A stretch of 64,000 nt of DNA. Source: a virus. The stretch lies in IMG/VR virus record IMGVR_UViG_3300045988_074874; one strand, written 5' to 3'. Under the pieces are notes generated by a model. That model saw nothing but the letters and a program-made list of their open reading frames with translations. It did not search any database and had not been told where the DNA came from. A program made the position numbers and the translations under genes. Shown one piece after another: positions 1 to 7,625 of this stretch; position 1 is the stretch's first letter, and each line of letters opens with the position of its first letter.

Positions 1-72
1 TATAGTATAATAATATATATAGATATAGTATATGGCGTTATATGAGATTGACTAAAAATTTTAAATAAATAG

Positions 73-101
73 TTGACAGAACAACAACTTGTATGTTAAT
101 A
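73..101 (+). promoter_or_regulatory. candidate sigma70-type promoter (TTGACA, 17 nt spacer, TTAATA) upstream of terS-like gene
   Basis: TTGACA at 73-78 and TTAATA at 96-101 in an AT-rich leader ahead of the ORF at 246. Confidence 0.2.
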
Positions 102-245
102 CTGTTAATAGACACGAAAACGAAATATATTTTTTAACGCATTTTGCACAGGATAACAGGAGCCGGAACAATGGCTCACATGTTTTTCTGTGCTTTTTTA
201 TTTGCAATATTTTTATAGATTAACGTTGTAAAGTGAGGTGATACA

Positions 246-839
246 GTGAAAGATAATGCTATAAAAACAGAAAAGGAAACAGAAGTATATTTAAGCAATA
301 TTAATATATATGCTGATGAATATATTAATACAGTGTTATGTGTATCACCTGATAGTGAGAACTACAGAAAAGAAGTAGCTGACAGTTTTGTTGATATGAT
401 TTTTTATATCGCTGATCACATACAGAAACCTAGTAACGATGATATAGAATTATTAGATCATATGTTTAGCGTGTTTGTAAGGTTGTGCAGTAAGTATCAT
501 GTTTTGCCAACTCTGGAAGTATTTAGCTTTCTGGTAGGAATTAACCGTTCAACGTTTAGCGATTGGATGCGTGGGGATTATAGAACTGCCACAGCACATA
601 GCAACACGGTGAAAAAATGGTTCGATATTTGCAAAAACTGTACGCTTAATAGATTGCATAACCAGCCCGGAACAAATGCAAACTTAATTTTCGTAGCAAA
701 AGCTGCTTACGGCATGGCAGAGACGGCACCAATTCCAGCAGGACAGCAACAGGGCATACCACAGCAGACAGCGCAGCAGATCGCAGACAAGTACAAGGAT
801 GTTCTGGAGCTTCCAGAGATGGAAAAGCCGGAGTTATAA
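246..839 (+). CDS. terS: terminase small subunit-like protein (GTG start)
   Basis: 197 aa; C-terminal NANLIFVAKAAYGMAE matches the G-x-IF-x-LKN-x-GW signature of Terminase_2-type small subunits; RBS AAGTGAGGTGA; unusually far (8.5 kb) from terL. Confidence 0.45.
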   Translation: MKDNAIKTEKETEVYLSNINIYADEYINTVLCVSPDSENYRKEVADSFVDMIFYIADHIQKPSNDDIELLDHMFSVFVRLCSKYHVLPTLEVFSFLVGINRSTFSDWMRGDYRTATAHSNTVKKWFDICKNCTLNRLHNQPGTNANLIFVAKAAYGMAETAPIPAGQQQGIPQQTAQQIADKYKDVLELPEMEKPEL

Positions 840-1039
840 CAGCGTGGAACGTACACAAGATTGTTGAAATGTACGCAGATGGCGAACAAACAGACCGAAA
901 AGCGGTAGACATGGCAGTATTTAGTAAATATGCACATATATAACAGTTGAATTTGTGCATGATGTATAGCAGTCTATTTAAAAAACAAGTGTTTATTAAA
1001 TAGATGTAATATTCTGAAAATTGATACGCATTATAATTC

Positions 1040-1270
1040 CCTTGATTACCGCCGAAGGTATCCGAAAAACAGCGTTAAGACCGGGACAACGGGAACCCAT
1101 GGGGCAAAGGGTTGCCCGGTCAGCGTCACCAGAGACAGACCCGGGAGGGGGGTGTATATGGATGCCCCGAACGGCCTAATGAGTGCCCCGACCGCCCCAA
1201 AATTTAAAAAACGCCCTTTTAACAACAATCCCTCAACATGGCAGAGATAGTGATTGCAACATAACAAGCC
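1040..1270. other. GC-rich (~58% GC) structured non-coding element; candidate ncRNA or packaging site
   Basis: Compositional island in a ~37% GC genome; local hairpins such as GGGCAA-AGGG-TTGCCC and runs of GGGAGGGGGG/GCCCC; no plausible + strand ORF. Confidence 0.3.
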
Positions 1271-1322
1271 GTAAGCCTTAACGATTGATAATCACTGACA
1301 TCCGCAGAAAGGAAGGCACAAG

Positions 1323-1532
1323 ATGGAAAAAATAGTAAACAACGATGGTTATCTTCGGTCAGGCTTAATGGATATTGCCAGACAACTACTGAATGTCTGT
1401 AGTGAAACTGGAGTTTCCAATATTCAGATAGTCACATCTCCTTGGAAAGAGGGTAAAGGCATTACTCTTTTAGCGAAAACTGATGACAAACCGATTCTTT
1501 CAGTAAAGATGGATACTGCCTATGAAAAATAA
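1323..1532 (+). CDS. hypothetical protein (69 aa)
   Basis: ORF with RBS GAAAGGAAGG upstream; no recognisable motif. Confidence 0.4.
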   Translation: MEKIVNNDGYLRSGLMDIARQLLNVCSETGVSNIQIVTSPWKEGKGITLLAKTDDKPILSVKMDTAYEK

Positions 1533-1671
1533 TAATCCTCAAGGCGAATCCATCCGCATCCGGTTGCCGTACCAGCTAGAACGAAAACTCATAGCTGAGA
1601 AAAACCGAACCGGCAAGAGTGTATCACAGGTCACTCGTGAAGCATTGGAACAATATTTTCGAAAGAGGTAG
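1522..1671 (+). CDS. ribbon-helix-helix (CopG/Arc-like) DNA-binding protein, 49 aa
   Basis: Translation MKNNNPQGESIRIRLPYQLERKLIAEKNRTGKSVSQVTREALEQYFRKR is a typical RHH beta-strand plus two helices; overlaps the stop of the upstream ORF; below the 60-aa cutoff of the ORF track. Confidence 0.4.
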   Translation: MKNNNPQGESIRIRLPYQLERKLIAEKNRTGKSVSQVTREALEQYFRKR

Positions 1672-1675
1672 ACAG

Positions 1676-2119
1676 ATGTCTTTGCTTGAAAAATTTTTCA
1701 AAAATAAAAAAGGCTTTCAGGAAAAACTTGAGATGCATCCGCTTGAAAAACCTTTAATGCATGACAAGGTATATGAGTATCATCACAAGAAAGCTGTTCT
1801 GGAGGACGGAAGACTGTACGATACAGAATCGGCAAAAAAGGTTTTTACGGACGAATCAAGCTTGAAATATATCTCGTTTGGAGTAAGCACGCAAAGGGTT
1901 TATTTCTTAACTCCGAATAGGCATTGGTTCTCAGCTGAAGAGAGAATCGAAACTGAAAGTGGAATAACTGATGTTGGCGAATGCCGTATACAGGTTACTA
2001 AAACAATTTTTGTGTATAGCAATCTTCGAATGGAAAAAACACACAGAGTCAAAGATCTGATTGGCAAAAACGATTATGAATTATACAAGAAATATTTTGG
2101 GGAGGCAGAGGAAGCATGA
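1676..2119 (+). CDS. hypothetical protein (start moved to internal ATG with RBS AGAGGT)
   Basis: In frame with table ORF 1619-2119; the start at 1676 follows the RHH stop and a good RBS. Confidence 0.45.
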   Translation: MSLLEKFFKNKKGFQEKLEMHPLEKPLMHDKVYEYHHKKAVLEDGRLYDTESAKKVFTDESSLKYISFGVSTQRVYFLTPNRHWFSAEERIETESGITDVGECRIQVTKTIFVYSNLRMEKTHRVKDLIGKNDYELYKKYFGEAEEA

Positions 2120-2475
2120 ATAGTAACAAGAAAGTTTATTATGTGTACGTAGAAAACGGAAAAGCAGTTATTACAGAGGAAGCACCGGACTTCGATAAAG
2201 TTCACGATTACATGCTAGTGAAAGCGGATGGAATCGAGCTTTTTATGGGAGTACATAAGAACCAGGACGATTTGATGCTTCCAGATGAACCGATTGACGT
2301 AGCGACTATGTTGATTAATGCCGAAGCAAGTGTTGATTTAGGGGATAAAGGACCATTAACTTGCCCGAAATACGACCCAAATCAGCTCAGAGAGATTGCA
2401 GAACATCTTCTAGCGTATTGCAATGCACAAGAAAGGGGATGTGTAGATGCCTGTTGTAAGAATTGTGAACCCTAA
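2116..2475 (+). CDS. hypothetical protein; paralog of 4865-5170 (shared C-terminal L-x-QIA-x-HLL-x-YC motif)
   Basis: C-terminus LREIAEHLLAYC compared with LKQIAKHLLIYC in ORF 4793-5170. Confidence 0.5.
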   Translation: MNSNKKVYYVYVENGKAVITEEAPDFDKVHDYMLVKADGIELFMGVHKNQDDLMLPDEPIDVATMLINAEASVDLGDKGPLTCPKYDPNQLREIAEHLLAYCNAQERGCVDACCKNCEP

Positions 2476-2830
2476 ACCGTATGATTGGGCTGGAACTAAA
2501 TGCCTTATTGATGGTAAAACGATTCCAAGAGTGAAATCAGTGGATTTTCATGTTTCTGTTGACGAGGTTCCGACATTTGTATTCGAGATGATGGCAGAGC
2601 CGGATATTAAAATGGAGTGCTTGGCACAAATCAGTTTCACTTCTAAATCAATTACTGATGCAATTTCAGTTTTAAGGCATGAACTGTTACAACACGGGGA
2701 AATTTACCACGGCTTCAAAGCAAGCCTAAAATCGGCTTTAATTGCTTATAATTCATGTGGCTTACCATTTGAGCCGGAAGAAGAAATCGCAGAGAAGATA
2801 CTTAATTTCATGATTGGAGAGGAACAATGA
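2447..2830 (+). CDS. hypothetical protein
   Basis: ORF, RBS GAAAGGGG. Confidence 0.45.
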   Translation: MPVVRIVNPKPYDWAGTKCLIDGKTIPRVKSVDFHVSVDEVPTFVFEMMAEPDIKMECLAQISFTSKSITDAISVLRHELLQHGEIYHGFKASLKSALIAYNSCGLPFEPEEEIAEKILNFMIGEEQ

Positions 2831-3270
2831 GATTACCATTATCGCAGTAGCAATTAATATTCTGATATTTACTACATTAGCTGCATTTTTAATGAGCCGG
2901 AATTACAAAGGCAATCAATTTTCCACAGCATTCTTCTTGCTGATGGAAGCAGGAATGATACTTAATACAGTTTTGATTTGCACAGCGAGGTAAAAATATG
3001 CTTTTAGCATTTCCTACGAGGATTATTCCGTTTTTTATCATAGAACGGGTTAAACCTATAATTAAACCGGAAGGATACGCTTACCCGATTGTGGAGCGGT
3101 ACGCAAGCAAATATTCTTTACATCCGACTTAGCGTTAAAAAATTTCTGTAGTCGATTATATTAAATTTGATTTCCTCCACATATATTGTTTGCATTACAG
3201 AAATAGTAATTATATCACACACAATTCTTTCTCCTGCTTTTGTGATGGTGCGGAGTGGGAGAAAGATTTT

Positions 3271-3342
3271 AGGGCTATCGCCAAAAGGTAAGGTAACGGA
3301 CTTTGATTCCGTCATGTGTGGGTTCGAATCCCACTAGCCCCG
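3271..3342 (+). tRNA. tRNA-Gln (anticodon TTG)
   Basis: Hand-folded cloverleaf: acceptor AGGGCTA/TAGCCCC, anticodon stem ACGGA/TCCGT with loop CTTTGAT, T-arm GTGGG-TTCGAAT-CCCAC. Confidence 0.55.
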
Positions 3343-3398
3343 TTTGCTAGGTTGCGCATGTACCTGGCAATGGTTTATTTCACATAGACCCTCCGATA

Positions 3399-3451
3399 CC
3401 CATCTAGCTCAACGGAGCTGATTAAAGGGGCTTCAAATGTCCCGGATGGGA
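3399..3451 (+). other. tRNA-like mini-element lacking an anticodon arm (acceptor + D-like hairpin + T-arm)
   Basis: 7-bp acceptor CCCATCT/GGATGGG, hairpin AGCTC-AACG-GAGCT, T-arm GGGGC-TTCAAAT-GTCCC; only 53 nt. Confidence 0.35.
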
Positions 3452-3572
3452 ATCCTCGTAAAAACGAGGTACTCTATTTTGCCATGACCTTTGTTGCGGC
3501 TGGTGGCAAAGAACTGCAACAGTAGAAGCAAATCAACTCAAAATCTGCAATCCGGGAGACTGCTTCTACTCA

Positions 3573-3645
3573 GGAAATTTAGTTCAGCGGTTAGAACGCC
3601 CGGCTCATAACCGGGAAGCCCTGAGTTCGAATCTCAGAATTTCCA
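3573..3645 (+). tRNA. tRNA-Met/fMet/Ile2 (anticodon CAT)
   Basis: Clean cloverleaf: GGAAATT acceptor, GTTC-AGCGGTTAGAAC D-arm, CCCGG-CTCATAA-CCGGG anticodon arm, CTGAG-TTCGAAT-CTCAG T-arm. Confidence 0.8.
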
Positions 3646-4022
3646 TTTCTTCCGTATGCTACCCATCCGTTTTATGGGCAGAAAAAACTTTCGGATGAGC
3701 GTATGTGAATCAGAATGAGCAAAGGTATGTAACGGCATAGGCTTGTGCTTGATCTGATTTCCCGTCCGATAAATGCTTCTTAGTTTCAATAAGTCATCAT
3801 AAGTGCACGTTGATGGCAGGGAGTTTTCAAGAAGCATAAAGTTAAAAGGCATAATAATATCCGAAACAACTCCGTGGAGCATACCACGGTTACCAAAAAG
3901 CCGTCAGGTTGGCAAAAATACGATAGTCCAAGTTATGAAAAATTGCCTAGTGGAAAGCATAACACGAAAAAATCATTGCTAACCCGGAACAATCTCCGGG
4001 TTCTGGGGGAATAATACCATAA

Positions 4023-4075
4023 GGGGCAGAGGGCTGATTAACAGTACCAGAGCGGTTCAACTCCGCATTCTCCCA
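4023..4075 (+). other. possible second anticodon-arm-less tRNA-like element
   Basis: GGGGCAG acceptor-like 5' end, GCTG-ATTAA-CAGT hairpin, GCGG-TTCAACT-CCGC T-arm-like, TTCTCCC 3' end; pairing imperfect. Confidence 0.25.
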
Positions 4076-4175
4076 TTATCCAATCTGTAAATATTGGATA
4101 TGAGGAAGCTGTCCGAGATGTAAGAAACAGTCGGCTTGTGGATTGCCGGTACAAATACGCTGAAAATCCACACAA

Positions 4176-4247
4176 GGCAGGGTAGAGAAGTGGAATCTCA
4201 CAAGACTCATATTCTTGAGAACGGCGGTTCGAATCCGCCTCCTGCAA
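4176..4247 (+). tRNA. tRNA with CAT anticodon (Met/Ile2 type), G1-A72 mismatch
   Basis: GAGA-AGTGGAA-TCTC D-arm, CAAGA-CTCATAT-TCTTG anticodon arm, GGCGG-TTCGAAT-CCGCC T-arm, acceptor GGCAGGG/TCCTGCA. Confidence 0.55.
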
Positions 4248-4532
4248 CTTAATCCGCTTAGAGTTAAGTTGTTTGTATACAGGCGGTCTATGCCTCTGGT
4301 GGATTTACGCATGAGCGTAAACGTACAACTCACTAGGCGTTTGCGTAAAAAACTTTTTAGAGAGATGAGACCACTGGCCGTAAGAAGTGATAGTCGGCAA
4401 TTCTAAAAGAACCATCTAGTTCATGCGTTTTACGATGGAAAGGTTAATGCTTATCTGGATATTTGTGTCCAGTCCGAAAGCATATGAAGTGAAAATCAAC
4501 TCAGTTTTTTTAACTGACCGTGACAAGCGGTA

Positions 4533-4601
4533 CGGAATGTAGCTCAGGTGGGAGAGCGCACTACAAAAGTGAGGTCGCAGGTTCGAATCCTGCCTTTCCG
4601 A
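4533..4601 (+). ncRNA. tRNA-like RNA with truncated/non-canonical anticodon arm (69 nt)
   Basis: Canonical acceptor, D-arm (GCTC-AGGTGGGA-GAGC) and T-arm (GCAGG-TTCGAAT-CCTGC) but only 18 nt where 21-22 are needed, giving a 3-4 bp anticodon stem and a 5-7 nt loop. Confidence 0.4.
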
Positions 4602-4654
4602 TTCCTGCGGATTGCCATCGTAGGAATAAATTACTCCTAAGGTATAGTTTGGTT

Positions 4655-4706
4655 TCCAGTACTCCACGTTGGGTGGCTAGTTACGGTTCAAGTCCGTGTG
4701 CTGGAA
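4655..4706 (+). other. tRNA-like mini-element lacking an anticodon arm
   Basis: Acceptor TCCAGTA/TGCTGGA (extendable to 8 bp), CCAC-GTTGG-GTGG hairpin, T-arm TACGG-TTCAAGT-CCGTG; 52 nt. Confidence 0.35.
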
Positions 4707-4728
4707 TTTTTGTTTAGAGAGGTGGCTT

Positions 4729-4908
4729 ATGGAAGAAAAAAATTATTGTTGTACATGTAAATGGTACGCACTGGAAGAAGGAGTCTGCTGTAATGGTGAA
4801 AGCGAACATCGTGCAGATTTCAGATGCCTTGATGATAGTTGTGAATGTTGGGAGGGTATTGAAAATGACAGAACAAGAAGTAAAGAAAATGACAGAAGAT
4901 TTATCTGA
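4729..4908 (+). CDS. small Cys-rich protein (59 aa, putative Zn-binding)
   Basis: ATG with RBS AGAGAGGTGG; ten cysteines in CxC/CC spacing (CCTCKWY...VCCNG...CLDDSCEC). Confidence 0.35.
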   Translation: MEEKNYCCTCKWYALEEGVCCNGESEHRADFRCLDDSCECWEGIENDRTRSKENDRRFI

Positions 4909-5170
4909 TTATAAAAAAGTTTTTTCGGAGTTAGAAAAAAGATGCAGCCAAGGAGCATTAGAATACTGGAATCGCCATTTATGGTATGGGATTACGATTC
5001 AGTCCAATAAAGAAGCGGCATCGCCAAAGGATGGCGAGCCTCCTAAACAACCTTTGAAATTAGTAGATTGGCTGATTGACAGAGGATTAAAAGATGGGAT
5101 CCGATTATACGGAAAGAATGAGCTTAAACAAATCGCCAAACATCTTTTAATTTATTGTGAGGATGAATAA
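4865..5170 (+). CDS. hypothetical protein, paralog of 2116-2475 (start at internal ATG with RBS GGGAGGG)
   Basis: In frame with table ORF 4793-5170; C-terminal conserved motif shared with 2116-2475. Confidence 0.45.
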   Translation: MTEQEVKKMTEDLSDYKKVFSELEKRCSQGALEYWNRHLWYGITIQSNKEAASPKDGEPPKQPLKLVDWLIDRGLKDGIRLYGKNELKQIAKHLLIYCEDE

Positions 5171-5334
5171 TGCAAATAGCAGGAAAAGAAATTAAAGACG
5201 AGTGTTCCAGATGCGGAAATATCCTTGAATGCGAGTTGTTCCGCCAGGGACATGGAATAAAACAGGAACGTGAGAATGTAGCAAAGATGATCGAGTGTCA
5301 GATGAAACATAGGGAGGAAAGGAGTAAATTATGA
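5170..5334 (+). CDS. small CxxC protein (54 aa)
   Basis: ATG overlaps the upstream stop (TAATG); CSRCGN...C motif; below ORF-track cutoff. Confidence 0.3.
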   Translation: MQIAGKEIKDECSRCGNILECELFRQGHGIKQERENVAKMIECQMKHREERSKL

Positions 5335-5421
5335 CATATGATTTATTGAACAGAAGAATGTGTCCGCTATCCGGGATAACTACGACATGGAAATATTTAC
5401 CAAGATTTGAGGGAGGATGCC

Positions 5422-5781
5422 ATGAGAATTGAAGATTTGAAAAATTGGACAGTAGATCAGCTGAAAGAAGAAGTTGTTCGGTTGGCTGATGAGAGCGAAG
5501 CAAAGCAACATGAAATTCTGAACAAAAATAAGAAAATCAATGAGCTTCAGGATAAACTGGATAATATGCGTGCTTATAATAACGAGTTAAAAAGACAGGT
5601 GGACGAAAAGGCAGATACACCATTTTACGACGAATCTATAGAAATCGCAAAATATCACAGGCGGCATGAGTCCGATTGCATTACAATCAATCAGCTTCAG
5701 ACTGCATTGGACGTACTTGTTGACCGATATGCAACTCTGAGAAAGATTCATGGGGTGAGTTTATATGGGGGAGAAAAATAA
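5422..5781 (+). CDS. coiled-coil hypothetical protein
   Basis: RBS GAGGGAGGA; heptad-rich sequence. Confidence 0.5.
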   Translation: MRIEDLKNWTVDQLKEEVVRLADESEAKQHEILNKNKKINELQDKLDNMRAYNNELKRQVDEKADTPFYDESIEIAKYHRRHESDCITINQLQTALDVLVDRYATLRKIHGVSLYGGEK

Positions 5782-6067
5782 TCCTTGTTTTTACATTGGA
5801 GAACAGAGCGACAGCTTGCAAGAACTTTCTGAAATAGAAGATATATCAGATAATTCTTCGGAGAATAACAAACATATGCCAGATTTATTTGGACACAAAA
5901 ATAAATTTAAAGTTGACATTCCTTTCTTTATAAGCCCGTATGACAGAAGAAGACTATATGAATTGGTGTTTGGAATTTACTTAACCAACAATGACCGTAA
6001 AATGCACGGAGAACCTATGATACGCAGAATTGCAGGACGAAAAGAAGTGAGAAAACGTGAAAGATAA
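5765..6067 (+). CDS. hypothetical protein with basic C-terminal KMHG-x4-IRRIAGRK motif
   Basis: ORF; motif repeated in the next ORF. Confidence 0.45.
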   Translation: MGEKNNPCFYIGEQSDSLQELSEIEDISDNSSENNKHMPDLFGHKNKFKVDIPFFISPYDRRRLYELVFGIYLTNNDRKMHGEPMIRRIAGRKEVRKRER

Positions 6068-6329
6068 TATGCGTCTACGTAATATTCCTTGGATAGAAAC
6101 TGTACCAAAAAAATATTTTTCTCCGTTAATGAACGATATGTGTATTGTTCCGTATTGTAATAATTATCTTAAAATGCATGGAAAGCACAAAATAAGACAG
6201 ATTGCCGGGAGAAAGAGAAAAAGAAAATTCAATAATCAATTCAGTAAAAACATAAGAAGTAAAATGAGAATTTATCTCAAACGGAAACATAAAGGTATTA
6301 AACATAAAAAGAATAGGAGATTAACGTGA
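6057..6329 (+). CDS. highly basic small protein sharing the KMHG...IRQIAGRK motif
   Basis: ORF; Lys/Arg-rich, nucleic-acid-binding flavour. Confidence 0.45.
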   Translation: MKDNMRLRNIPWIETVPKKYFSPLMNDMCIVPYCNNYLKMHGKHKIRQIAGRKRKRKFNNQFSKNIRSKMRIYLKRKHKGIKHKKNRRLT

Positions 6330-6559
6330 GCATCAAATCAGCATTTGAATCTGAGGGGATAGATTTTTCTCAGGTAATGAATCCACCGGAGCCGTGGGAC
6401 GGACGGGCATTAATAAAAAATATCAATGGCAAACTGTGGTATTGTTGTCCTTTTTGTGAAAAGAAAGCACTTCTAATTAGCCCAGAGACAAAAATTCGGC
6501 ATCTTAAATTGAAATGCAAGGGTAGCAACTGCAAGAAAGAGTTTGAGGTGAATGTATGA
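6326..6559 (+). CDS. zinc-finger protein, Mu Com-like
   Basis: CCPFC ... KLKCKGSNCKK arrangement resembles Com-type Zn fingers. Confidence 0.4.
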   Translation: MSIKSAFESEGIDFSQVMNPPEPWDGRALIKNINGKLWYCCPFCEKKALLISPETKIRHLKLKCKGSNCKKEFEVNV

Positions 6560-7134
6560 GTACTTGTTATGATTGTGCATACTCAAAAATTGAAACCAAT
6601 GGTAGTCGCAGATTTCTTTCTTGTGGGATTTTTACAAAATATTTCCATGTTCCGTTCTCGTTTCCAACACCAGATATATGTGATGTATTTCGAAAACGAA
6701 GCGGATTCTCCGCATTAGAAGTATTTACTCCTGAGGAAAAAGAGAAATACTTCGCAATATATCGGAAATTACCTTCGTATAATCCAGATGTAAGTCCAGA
6801 AGAATTTTTCAAAGGAATGGACAGCGGATTTTTCGGGATATATCCGAAAAACACTTCGGACATTGTTAAAGCTATTGATTCTATAAAGGTGCCTGATGAA
6901 GATGTTATTAAAACAGTTGCCAGCGATGCGGAAGAACTTCAAAAAACTAAACCTGTGGAACTGGACGAACTTTCGGAAGAAACCAAGTTTAGAATTTATA
7001 AATTAATTGTAAATGAAATTGGAAAGCATTTTTACAATTGCGAGATGCGTATGTCATATAAAGACTTTATACTTGTTGAGGATTGCATCAGAAAAGTTTT
7101 GCAAGGAGAACAAGATGAACACAAAACGGATTAA
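6556..7134 (+). CDS. hypothetical protein
   Basis: ORF, translationally coupled to upstream gene. Confidence 0.5.
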   Translation: MSTCYDCAYSKIETNGSRRFLSCGIFTKYFHVPFSFPTPDICDVFRKRSGFSALEVFTPEEKEKYFAIYRKLPSYNPDVSPEEFFKGMDSGFFGIYPKNTSDIVKAIDSIKVPDEDVIKTVASDAEELQKTKPVELDELSEETKFRIYKLIVNEIGKHFYNCEMRMSYKDFILVEDCIRKVLQGEQDEHKTD

Positions 7135-7291
7135 ATGTATTCTGACAGGTGGTTGCAAGTTCAAAAGTTCGGATACAGAATCGAAATGTAATGATAAAGA
7201 AAAGACTTGCACTATTACGGAAACTTGTTACAAATGCGGGAAGAAGTATACAGCGGTATTTACTTACAAACAATTAGGTATTCCAGATTGA
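7115..7291 (+). CDS. small Cys-rich protein (58 aa)
   Basis: Internal ATG with RBS AAGGAGAA; CxxC/CxxxC pairs. Confidence 0.35.
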   Translation: MNTKRIKCILTGGCKFKSSDTESKCNDKEKTCTITETCYKCGKKYTAVFTYKQLGIPD

Positions 7292-7300
7292 GGTTAATGT

Positions 7301-7621
7301 ATGAGCAAATATTTTGTAGTAAATTTTCCAATAAAGATTTTTGCTAAAGACAAAAAAGTTGTCGATGCGTTGGCAAATATTGATGTGTACCATGAAAAAG
7401 ATAAGAGAATTATTTTTGTAGAATTTGTCACACTTTATACTGTTTTTCCAAAAGAATGTGTTTTTGAAATAGGATATCTTAAAAAGAAATTCAAATTCTT
7501 ACATGTTGAGCCACACGTATCTGATTCTGGACTATATAAAATAAAAATTCAATATAAACGAGAAGAAGATATAAAAGAAAAAGATGAGTGGTGGGATTCA
7601 CTTAGAAGTATTGTGAGGTGA
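7301..7621 (+). CDS. hypothetical protein
   Basis: ORF. Confidence 0.5.
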   Translation: MSKYFVVNFPIKIFAKDKKVVDALANIDVYHEKDKRIIFVEFVTLYTVFPKECVFEIGYLKKKFKFLHVEPHVSDSGLYKIKIQYKREEDIKEKDEWWDSLRSIVR

Positions 7622-7625
7622 GTAA

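Noticed and set aside
1046-1267. Minus-strand 73-aa ORF in the GC-rich island
   Set aside because: High GC suppresses stop codons. Pro/Gly/Leu-rich translation with no start context. The region is more plausibly structural RNA or DNA.
4010-4250. Possible tmRNA (long stretch ending in a T-arm and acceptor-like 3' end)
   Set aside because: No tag-peptide reading frame or resume codon context. The 3' 72 nt fold as an ordinary CAT-anticodon tRNA, and the 5' part folds as a separate mini tRNA-like element.
4038-4717. ORFs 4038-4247(-), 4076-4333(-), 4215-4406(+), 4416-4667(-), 4520-4717(+), and 3118-3315(-)
   Set aside because: They overlap tRNA and tRNA-like genes, have no RBSs, and their translations have no protein-like composition.
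5192-5503. Minus-strand 103-aa ORF
   Set aside because: It overlaps + strand small ORFs with RBSs (5170-5334, 5422-5781). It has no RBS and is oriented against the strand used by every neighbouring gene.
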